Position numbers and translations under genes: made by a program. Below are positions 12,018 through 22,012 of a stretch of DNA of 64,000 bases, piece after piece. Origin of the DNA: Squalus acanthias (lineage: Eukaryota); assembly GCA_030390025.1 (NCBI GenBank), contig CM059432.1, forward strand, positions 38,008,001 through 38,072,000, in the 5' to 3' direction. Every line of letters begins with the position of its first letter. Within the stretch, counting starts at the first letter, position 1. Under the pieces are notes generated by a model that saw only the letters and a list, made by a program, of their open reading frames with translations, was not told the origin of the DNA and did not search any database.

Positions 12018-13995
12018 TCAAAATTTACCCAAGTGACTACCCTTGTGACTATTTGTGCAGTATCTTTCTCTTACGCGTGCTCCTACGTGGTGCTTCCCCT
12101 GTGGCTTCAGCAGAAGTGGAGGCCTGTGCTCCTGTCTTGACTCCTTTGGCGGGCATCCTCTGGGGTTACGAACCTGAGAGGGCTCGGCAACAGTCTGCTG
12201 CTCCTGCGGCTGGGCAGAGGTTGAGATGCTGATCTCACTTGGGTGTGGACTCTGGTGGGGCTCTGACCGAGGACCTGTCAGTGGCATGGAAGTGTGAGCG
12301 CTTGGAGAGGAGCCCCCACCTCCTTGTTGTGTGCCACCAACATCCCTTTCATGGGTCAGGTCCACCTCAGCGCTTGCAAGTGGCTTGAGAGCACCTTGCT
12401 GCACATCAGGGGGGCCATGGGGACCCGTATCTGCACTGGAAGTCCTACTCAGAAGGACTTCCATGAAGGTCTGGTTTCTCTGTTCAATAGATGACCATCG
12501 CTCCTCAAGAGATGCCAGTCTATTCTGAACAATTACCATGTTTTCTGCACTCTGGCGACTTATCTCCTCCATAGCCGTAGCCATCCTCTCATCTACTGTA
12601 GCCATCCTTTCCACGGAGGTTGCCATCCTTTCCATGGTGATGCGTTCATGCGCCAATGACTTCACAAAGGCTCTGCTGATGTTCGCTATGGACTCCTCCA
12701 TTCGCTCCACACTCGCAGGGACCCTGGAGACAAACCCTGTCGGACTCCTGCATCTGTTCCTGGAGTCCCAGCACCGCTGATCTTATGGATGGACCCAGAG
12801 GCAGAGGGTCGACATGCAGCTGAGCCGAGCTAGGACAGTCCTGCGCCCTCCGACTAGGACTCTCCACTGCTGTCCCTGTCTCCACCATCTGCTGATGCTC
12901 ACTTGTGAGCTGTGATACACCAGGTGACAACACTACACTATGTCCCAAGGGTCCCACCGAGGTGTGAGTGTCTGCGCTGGTGCTGGGTTCGCTGAGTTCT
13001 GCTGACGCTGCGCCCTCAGATGTTGCAGCTTCCTCTGAGGAGTCTGTCTGCTCAGGCTCTTCCTCCTGGCTAGTGGGGACGGGTGCTTGCGATGGTCCTG
13101 TGGGGGAGTAAAGGAAAGAGTCAGGATGTGATGCCAAGGTTACATGCTCATTGCATATTGCAGATGATCATAAATCCATCTGTTAGAGCTTCAGATTCAT
13201 TATCAGCGACTCATGCAATGTCAATGAGAGAGATGGAACACTATTCAGTCACCAGCTTGCTCTGATGCACCCGTCTGTCCGTCCCCCACTTACGTTTCCT
13301 CCTCTACGCCCACAATATCCAGGACCGCATCCTCCCAGGGGGTGAGCTGGGCTAATGAGGGTGGCCCTCCTCCTGTCCTGGCTCTTTCCCTTTTATTGTG
13401 AGCTCTCTTTTCCTGCAATGAGGGAGACAAGTGGAGTTTGAGTGAGATTGAAGGAGTGAGTGTAGAGAATCCATAGCATAGATGCTTAGAAGGAGACAAA
13501 GATGGATTGAGGTGGCGAGACTAAGGGCCCTCCCTGTGTGTTGTAATTTGCTTTCAAAGCATGACAGTGATAGGGAGTGTGAGGGCTCTATAGTCGAATA
13601 GTAAGGTGGATGTGACCATAGAGGGAGAGGGAATGGGTAAGGGTGCATGGATGACAGTGTCAAGTGGGATATGGAGGAAGAGGTTGCTAAAGCTGAGTGC
13701 TGGTGAGGAGAGGCAATGGAGATCAGATTGAGGGTGGAGGGAAAGTCATACTCACTTTAGCAGTACGTAGAAGGTCATGAAATCTCTTCCTGCACTGGAT
13801 CCAGGTTCTGCATGTGAATGATAAGGAGGTGACCTCCTGGGTGATCTGGACCCACACAGCCTTTGTCTGCTGGGGAGGCTTCTTCCTCCCTGAGGAGGGG
13901 AAGAGCACCTCCCTGTTGGCTCTTGCTCCATCCACCAAAGCCTGAAGGGCAACGTCATGGAACCTGGGAGCAGCCCTGGGCCGTTGGCTGGCCAT
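12018..13995 (-). pseudogene. Harbinger Myb/SANT-like DNA-binding protein, three exons (13995-13756, 13412-~13252, 13097-~12018), disrupted
   Basis: PRFHDVALQALV...WIQCRKRFHDL is followed by a GTGAGT donor. Exon 2 reads EKRAHNKRERARTGGGPP. The low-complexity/coiled-coil last exon is frameshifted. Confidence 0.82.
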
Positions 13996-15199
13996 TCCTG
14001 CTGCAGGTGCCTTTAGATTAGAGGTCCAAAAGCTTGGCAGCCTGCAGAGGAAGCAAGGCTTGTTGCAGACCTTAAATGCAGCAGCAATGATGACGTCATC
14101 GGAGGCGACTTTCAGACTGGAATAACTCATTGGCCATGGGTTCCCACATGTTGGAACTCAATTGGCCATTAAGTTAAAATTGCATCATTCATCCACATTA
14201 ATCTGGAATCGGGGGGGCAACACGAAATGCGGGTAACACGACCCCAACCCGACCCCAAGACAAAATCCAGCCCTTTGTGTTCTCCCCACAGCTTACTGTC
14301 CCACCTAGCTTTTTTTATTGTCAGCAAACTTCAATACATTACACTCCGTCCCTTCATCTAGGTCATTAATGTAGATTGTAAATAGCTGAGGCCCCAACAC
14401 TGATCCTTGTGGCACCCCACTAGTTACAGCCTGCCAACCTGAAAAAGACCCGTTTATCCCTACCCTCTGTTTTCTGTCCATTAACCAATCCTTTATCTAT
14501 GCTACTATATTACCCCCACCCCATGAGCCCTTATCTTGTGACACCTTATCGAATGCCTTTTGGAAATCCAAATATACTACATCCACTGGTTCCCCTTTAT
14601 CTACCCTGCTAGTTACATCCTCAAAAAACTCTAATAAATTTGACAAGCACAATTTCCCTTTCATAGAACCATGTTGACTCTGCTTAATCATGTTATGATT
14701 TTTCTAAGTGCCCTGATACCACTTCCTTAACAATGGATTACAGCATTTTCCCAATGACTGATGTCAGGCTAACTGGCCTGTAGTTCCATGTTTTCTCTCT
14801 CCCTCCTTTCTTGAATAGCGGTGTTACATTTGCTACTTTCCAATCCGCTGGGACCATTCTAGAATCTAGGGAATTTTGGAAGATGACAACCAATGCATCC
14901 ACTATCTCTGTAGCCACCTCTTTTAAAACCCTAGGCCGTCAGGTACAGGGGATTTGTTGGCTTTTATTCCCATTAGTTTTTCCAGTACTTTTTCTCTACT
15001 TATATTAATTATTTAAGTTCCTCACATTAAAACCCTTGGGACCCCACCATTTTTGGTACACTTTTTGTGTCTTCTACTGTGAAGACCGAGACAAAATATT
15101 TGTTTAACATTTCTGTCATTTCTTTATTCCCCAGAATAATTTCTCCCTTTTTCAGGTTCTTTTGGATTTGACCTTCATTACTTTGATTGTCAAGAGATT

Positions 15200-16330
15200 A
15201 TGGGGGCTGCACTGATTCGGGGCGTCGTCCTGCGCCTGCAGAATCGGAGGCATCAGAGACGCAGAGAGAGAGTGGCAATCATGGCCAGAGGGAGGAGGGC
15301 CAACAGACCTGTGCACAGGAGACCTTACCCTCCCAGGGTATTCCAGGAACAATTCTCCTTCATTCATTTGTCTGAGGAGCAGTGTTTGTGCAGGCTGCAC
15401 TTCAGCAAGGAGATGGTCACTGAGCTCTGCCACCTGCTGCAGCCAGATCTGCAGCCTCAACTGAGGACCAGGACGTCTCTGTCGGTGGTAGTGAAGGTCA
15501 CAGTGGCTCTGAATTTTTATGCCACCGGCTCCTTTCAAGCAGCTACTGGGGACATTGCCAATATCTCCCAGTTCGCGGTCCATTGCTGTATCCGGGAGGT
15601 CACAAATGCCCTCTATAAAAGGAGACGCCAGTACATCTCTTTCCCGATGACCCGGGCCAAACAGCATGAACACGCAATGGGCTTTGCGAGGATAGCGGGC
15701 TTCCCCATGTTGCATGGCGCCATTGAGTGCATGCATGTGGCATTGCGGGCACCGCATGAGAATGCAGAGGTTTTCCGAAACCGCAAGGGGTTCCACTCCT
15801 TAAATGTCCAGTTGGTCTGTGACCACAGACAGCTGATACTCGCTGTCAATGGCCACTATCCTGGCAGCAGCCACGATGCTTTCATCCTGCGCCAGATTGG
15901 TGTGCCAGAGCTTTTCCAGGCAGCGCATCAGCCAATTGGTTGGCTCCTCGGGGACAAGGGTTATCCACTCTGCACCTGGCTGATGACACTGCTCCGTAAC
16001 CCCAACATCCCTGCTGAGCTGCGGTACAATGAGAGCCATCTCGCCACCAGGAACATCATTGAGCGGCGTGCTCAAGCAACGGTTCTGCTGTCTGGACCAC
16101 TCAGGAGGAGCCCTGCAGTACTCGCCTGAGCGAGTCTCCCTCTTCATAGTTGTTTGCTGCATTCTTCATAACCTTGCAATCCTCAGGACCCAGCCAATGC
16201 CACCAGACCTGAGGAGGAGGAAGAGGAGGAGAAAGAGGAGGAGGAGGATGATCAGCAGCAGCTTCAAGGCGGGAGGGAGGCCCACAATGTTGAGACTGCA
16301 AGGGCCGTCCATCAAAGACTGATAACAAGC
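15200..16330 (+). pseudogene. HARBI1-like transposase of H2 (frameshift near 16063; GAIE in place of catalytic GAID)
   Basis: Motifs [31 protein letters not shown] and LGDKGYP are present. The C-terminal GVLKQRFCCLD continues in another frame. Confidence 0.9.
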
Positions 16331-16648
16331 CGCTTCTAGGCCCCTACTCAGGAAATGACTTCTGGCATGGAGAACAACATGATGGAAAGCAACCCGCAAC
16401 CCTTATAGCCGGCCAAGGCAGCAATGATTCCAAAGGCCAAACATGTACATTTTGAATACAACTTTTTTATTTTACAAACTCTGTGTGTGTCATTTATTCA
16501 TGACCAACTAATAGAAACAAACACAAAAAATCAATAATTAACATAACTGGTTCTCACAACCTGGAGATAAAGGCCAAAACACTAAACAAAAGTTATCAGA
16601 CGAACCTCGGCCTATAATAAAAACATTCCCAACATTTTGTCAGACCTC

Positions 16649-18414
16649 CTACTTTTTGCCCTTCGAGGGTGATCTCCATCCCTTGCCCACTTGCCTCCTT
16701 CCCACCCTACTGCTCCTCCGTAATGGGGCCCCAGTGGCTGCAGCAAGGCTGGTGGAAGGCTGCTGAATGTCAGATCCTGAGACTACAGATGCCCTTGAAG
16801 GATGCCCTCGACCAGCTCTGGGCCTGGAGGGCCCAGCTGCAGACTGCACCAACTCTGCATGGGCGGCAGCAGTCTGGGCTACAGGCGGTGGCAAGTGCAA
16901 TGGGGAAGTGACAGTGGTGGGAGCAGGAATGCTGTCATCTTGAGAGAGGACAGCACCTCCCTGCTTGACCGACACACTGCCACTCCCATGGGGCAGCACC
17001 TCAGCATCCGGAACAATCTGCTGGAGCACAGATTGCTGGCCTGCTGCGGCGCGGTGAGAGCCCCGGGGAAATGTGTCCGAACCAGCGAGGATGGCAGCAG
17101 TCAGTGCTCGCGTGGCCTCAATCTGAGTCTGCATGAGAGCAGTCAGAGATGGGTTCATGGCAGCCAATGACTGAATTGCAGCACTAAGCCATTGCGTGGC
17201 GTCCGCCTGTGCTGCAGCGTAGTGCTCCACACTCCTTGCCAGTGCATCAATGCTTTCGGGCACCCTTCCCACTGCACCCATGAGCTGAGTGTGCATGTCC
17301 ACCACCTGGGTGTTCATTTCAGCGATGAACCACTCCTCCTCTGCGTCCAGTGCAGCAGGACTCGCTGGCCTACTCTCCCTCCGGGGAGAAGGCCCCCGAG
17401 CTTCCCTAGCCACATCGCGTTGCTGCAGCCCGCTGGGTCCTGGAGCTTCACCCTCAGCAGACCCTTCCCCCCTGCTCCCTTCCAGGGAAGACGTGTTCCC
17501 AGTGTGGGCATGGGCTTCCTCGGGAGAGGGTGGCGCTGAGGCTCCAGCTTCCTCTTCCTCCGTGCCTGTGGCTTCGCTCCCACTGGCAGCTTGAGGGCCC
17601 GTCTCCTCAGCTGGTGAATCACCATCTGAAAGCAGGGAGGTACAAGAGTGGCTTTAGCGTGAGGACAGGGGGGCAGTAAGCGAGGAATGAGTGCAGCGAT
17701 TTAGTAAGTTGGATTGAAAGTGTCAAAGGCTGGTGTTGTGAGGGACAATTGGAAGGAGAGAGGACAAAAGGTGATGACCTTACCATTGCTGTCCAGAACA
17801 GGGGTCGGCCACTCCAGGGGCGATGGGACCGATCACCTGGTTTGCCACAATCCTGTGGATGCGCGCCTCAAGATCGCTGAGGGTTTGCAGCTGAGCCGGC
17901 CCTCCACCTGTCCGTTGCTGCTGTCTCCTATTCTGAGATAGCTTGGCCTGCAAGAAAAAGGACGGCGTCTGAGTAAATATGCAGCCATGGTCTTGCCTGA
18001 TGTGCCTCCCATATTTGAATAGCCCTTAATGTATGCAAGGTGTGGAATGTGCGTGTGTGTTTTATGAGATGGCCATAAGTCTTGGATGAGTGTTGGGCAT
18101 TGGGGTTTTAAGACCCTCTGGCCATAGAGTGAGGTTGAGATGGAGGGATGGAGAGGTATTGAAAAGCAGCCACTCACCCTGCCGACCCGTGTGAGGTCGT
18201 TGAACTTTTTGCGACATTGCCTATGGGTCCTGGGCACCATGCTCCTAGAGGAGATGTGATGAGCCACCTCCCTCCACACTCTTCCGTAGTCGCGCGGCAA
18301 TGGCCTCCTGCCACTCTCAGGGTATAGTATTGATCTTCGGCGTTCCACCACGCCAACCAGAGCCACCAAGGCCCGGTCGCTGAAGCGTTGAGCTCGATCC
18401 CTGACTCTCTCCAT
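16649..18414 (-). pseudogene. Myb/SANT-like protein of H2, three exons (18414-18178, 17947-17784, 17625-16649)
   Basis: RFSDRALVALV...WREVA...QCRKKFNDL with GT-AG boundaries. Exon 2 appears 1 nt out of phase with exon 3. Confidence 0.8.
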
Positions 18415-18490
18415 AGTCCTTGGCTGGAAAATTTAGGCACAGGTCTGTCCACGACGAGATTCAAGCCTGCAATGAGCAGGGTGTGGCTGG

Positions 18491-20202
18491 TGTAGAATTC
18501 GCAATATATCGCGATTTTATTAATAAGGAGAAAAACACAGAGTTTCGTTCAAACAGCTTTTATTTCAGCAGAATGCTGTCAGGTTTTCAAAGTGGACACA
18601 AGCAGCTTGTAAAATGGCCGCCGCGCCTCGTGGCAGGAACATTCTAGACTTTTCAACAGGCAGACAAGATGGCGTTCCAATAAACATTTGTGCAAGATCG
18701 ATTAAGACTCAGCACATTGAAGATAATACACGAGACATCATGGGTTTACAGTATACACATAAATACTGAAATCGGTCTCCCAGGTACGAATGAAAGCTAT
18801 TGTACCCAGTAATCAAGAACCCATCCAAAGACATTAATATGTAAAATCCCAACGACTCTACGATGAGAGAGCCGTTAGCGGGTAGTTACAGAAAACACTT
18901 GGAAGCCCCAAAACCCCTCCAGGGAGAACACCGACCGATTAAACAATGGGAGAAATATTAACAGGTACTCAGACATTTACGAGTAGCCCCGAAACCCATT
19001 AAAACGGAGATCACCATATACAAGACTTTTGAGCGCCAAACCCTAACAAAAGAAAAGACATTAAGGTTGGGCGGGAAACGGAAGATTTTGCACTATAATT
19101 GCAAGCTCAAACCGTCCATCTCTCTCTTATCCTCTTATCTTGCTGGTGTTTATCCTCGTGGCTGCTCCTGTGCTCTTGACTCGCCGTCTTGTTCTTGCTT
19201 GCCTCGTGTCTCTTTTAAAGACTGTTGAACTTTATGATCCGCTCGGATCTACCTCGTGTCGTGTCGCAAAGACCTGTGTAGAACTGGGCTCTGAAGCCTT
19301 GAAGCGGGCGCACCATTCCGATAAGTCGGTAAACGGTGTCGGAACCGAAGGCCCGAGATGAGATGAGATGAGATGAGATGAGAAGAGAAGAGAAGAAGAC
19401 CATACTTATCGCCACGGTCAGTAAGCCCCGACCGCGCCTGTAGGTCGAATAGACATTTTCCTTGCCAGGAAGACTTCTTTGAGTTCTACAGAACTGACAC
19501 AGGAAGACTCTTCTTTGAATTTTATCGCACCTGTGCGAGGGCACAGGAAGACTCTTTTTTTTGAGTATAGTCGGAACTCCGAGGACAACACAGATCTTCA
19601 TGACAGCAGACGTTCCAGCCTGCTAGCCGGAGCAGAACGAGTAAACAAGTGGGGCCAGGAGACCCCCCTGATCGACACGTGGGTGCTGCGGTGAAAAACA
19701 TCCGAACAGAGTTTTCGGAATTCTCCGAGTTATCACGAGTGGTGAGCATGAGTCTCGAATCCTACGAATCTAGCTAGGACAGATATTGATAGGGGAGGGT
19801 TTCAAGTATTAAGGATAATTGTAATGTGTGCCCCCATTTACGGTGTGTCGTTCGTTCCTCGTTTCCCTGAAATTAGTTACATAACTGCGTGTAAGATTGT
19901 ACTGTCATTAATCTGTGCTTATGACATGTATTTCGTAATCTTAAGTATTATGCAATAAAGATTTTCCATTTCGTACCATTCAACCGAGTCTACCTGAGTT
20001 TCATCTCCATTACTGCTCTCGCATCTAAGTCCAGTGTCTAGAACCGTATGGGCGAGTGGGTCGAACCACTCACAGGTGTGTATAGTGCTCCCAGACTGGC
20101 TGGAGACCAGAACAGGCAACAAGGCCTAAACCCGCACTAGCATACAGGCTGCACAGAGCCACACGAATCTCACAGGCTGAGAGACGGTCAGAAACCCTTA
20201 CA
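18491..20202 (+). repeat. 5' LTR of provirus B (1712 bp)
   Basis: Direct repeat of 29603-31314 with TGTA...TACA ends, TATAA at 19094-19098 and AATAAA at 19954-19959. Confidence 0.97.
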
Positions 20203-20206
20203 GAAA

Positions 20207-22012
20207 ATGGCGACCGCGGCAGGACACTGGCAGCGAGAGGGTAGTGTGTTAGACTTTGGTGTGAATGTACGAAATGTTATGCAGGAAAAGATAGCAGATT
20301 ATGTGTTCGGAAAGGTAAATCTAACTAAGAAATGGATAAGTGACTTGTTAGCGGATAAGAGTCCACTAGAGGCAGCCGAGAGGTGGACAGATAGTAAGGA
20401 ACATAAAAAGACAGTCGAGAAAGCAGTCTGGTTAATGTGTTACAAAAGGCAGGTCCAGATTTCAAACCAGGTCATTACAGCGCAAACAGCTCGGATCAGG
20501 CATTTAGAAGAGGAAATGGATGAGAAGGTCTCTGGAGGGGAGTTGCTCATTAGGAATTTAAGTGTGCTGCACCAAGAACGCCAGGAAATCACCAGTCACC
20601 ATAAAACAAGGATAGATTACCTCGAGTGCCAGGTCACTGAGGCAAAGTTAAGTGAGGGCAGACTAAAGGAACGATGTGCCCGCCAAGCTGCCCAGATAAG
20701 AACCCAGGAAGAGAGCTTAACGGGGGTTAGGGCGGCATATAAGTTGGCCCTTGAGGATAAGTTTCAGGGGGCCGATCATAGCGCCTGCCAACAGGAGATA
20801 GAGCACCTTAAAAGGGCCGTGAACAAAGCGCACGGCATGGTATGCCTTATCAGTCCGTCAGCACACCAGCCGCTAGTAAATGAGGAGTTTCAGAAATCCC
20901 CACCAAGTAAAGCAAAGGAAGTATTAGCCACTGCGCCCTCCGCGCCACCCAGCTATTCGGAAACCTGGGTAAGGGAGGAAGTAGTGGAAGAAACGAAAGA
21001 GCCCACTGAGAGAGAAGTGGAAAAGGGACCGTTGTATCCGGTTACGGGTATAAAAAGGGGCCCAAACAGAAACGGGGAGGAAAAAGGGGTTCTCCTCAAC
21101 CAGCTTGTGTTGCCTCACAGCTCACACCAGCTGAGAGTTATGATAAATCACGTACGGAAGCTGACCGAGTCAGACGACCCTTCCGTACATTTCAGAGAAA
21201 TTGAGCAAACCGCAGCCATCAACGGCTGCGATGATGGGGAAACAGCAAAAATGCTGTTATTTTCGTTAGGCAGTTCAATCCTTCAGTGTCTCTCGGACGA
21301 GAGCAAGAGGGGAACCAAGACTTATGAGGCATTAAAAAATGAGGTCCTAGAAGTGTTGGGGGCGGACGATGAAGGTCCGTTTGCTAGAGTGGGACAGACA
21401 GTGCAGATGGAGGGAGAACCCCCGAAGGTTTTTGCCGACAGGCTGTGGTCAGTATATCAGCGCAGCTGTCCAGGTGCGCCAGAGCGCGACGCTGTGGACG
21501 GCGCCGGTTTAAATCATTGGCTTAGGTGCATAGTAGCCAACAGTTTACCAGCCGTCAGAGAGCAGGCAAAAGCGTGGTTTGATCCCAATGACCCCAACAT
21601 TACGGAAGAGTCGGTCTTGAATCGACTCACGATAGGATATCGCAACATAAGGGGTATGGGAACACGTCCCCTTAAGGGAAAAGTACATGAGGTACGACCC
21701 GCAGCCCCGGCCCAAAGGGAGTGGCATCAGGAGGGTAACCGCGCCCCGCAGGCAAGTAATGCTTGTTACGGGTGTGGGAGGACAGGGCACTGGCGCAAGA
21801 ACTGCAGGAACCCTTGGAAGGATTCCAGGGATAAAAATCCCGCAGCCCGAGCCCAGATGCCTGTCTCTGTTAGGGAAGTTAGTACACCCACCCCTCCCGA
21901 CGACCTCGAATCAGTGTTGGGAGCCATGCGCAACTTCATGAGTGCGCATGGAAAAGTGGCGGTTGCTACCGGCCCCGTAGGTGCCGCAGGACCGTCTAAC
22001 CATACCCAATGA
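20207..22012 (+). CDS. gag: Gag polyprotein (601 aa; N-terminal coiled coil, capsid-like region, one CCHC knuckle)
   Basis: Open ORF with CYGCGRTGHWRKNC, heptad-rich segments and a PSAPPSY late-domain-like motif. Confidence 0.93.
   Translation: MATAAGHWQREGSVLDFGVNVRNVMQEKIADYVFGKVNLTKKWISDLLADKSPLEAAERWTDSKEHKKTVEKAVWLMCYKRQVQISNQVITAQTARIRHLEEEMDEKVSGGELLIRNLSVLHQERQEITSHHKTRIDYLECQVTEAKLSEGRLKERCARQAAQIRTQEESLTGVRAAYKLALEDKFQGADHSACQQEIEHLKRAVNKAHGMVCLISPSAHQPLVNEEFQKSPPSKAKEVLATAPSAPPSYSETWVREEVVEETKEPTEREVEKGPLYPVTGIKRGPNRNGEEKGVLLNQLVLPHSSHQLRVMINHVRKLTESDDPSVHFREIEQTAAINGCDDGETAKMLLFSLGSSILQCLSDESKRGTKTYEALKNEVLEVLGADDEGPFARVGQTVQMEGEPPKVFADRLWSVYQRSCPGAPERDAVDGAGLNHWLRCIVANSLPAVREQAKAWFDPNDPNITEESVLNRLTIGYRNIRGMGTRPLKGKVHEVRPAAPAQREWHQEGNRAPQASNACYGCGRTGHWRKNCRNPWKDSRDKNPAARAQMPVSVREVSTPTPPDDLESVLGAMRNFMSAHGKVAVATGPVGAAGPSNHTQ
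20208..20225 (+). promoter_or_regulatory. Primer-binding site complementary to tRNA-Arg(UCG)
   Basis: TGGCGACCGCGGCAGGAC is the reverse complement of ...GTCCTGCCGCGGTCG-CCA, the 3' end of a vertebrate tRNA-Arg(UCG) as I recall it. Confidence 0.85.

Larger units (their letters stand above)
10025..14273. mobile_element. PIF/Harbinger DNA transposon H1 (complete ends)
   Basis: 13-bp TIRs GGGCTGGATTTTG/CAAAATCCAGCCC, a 3-bp TSD TTT, and convergent transposase and Myb/SANT genes. The CR1 sequence rejoins when the element is removed. Confidence 0.93.

Noticed and set aside
19140..20122. Listed short ORFs in the LTR (duplicated at 30116-31234)
   Set aside because: They recur only because the LTRs are duplicates. 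Most use non-ATG starts and are not kept in the provirus A LTR.
20195..20203. CCTTACAG as a splice acceptor created at the LTR/internal junction just before the gag ATG
   Set aside because: The pyrimidine tract is weak, and the conservation is explained by the integrase att end. It cannot be supported without transcripts.
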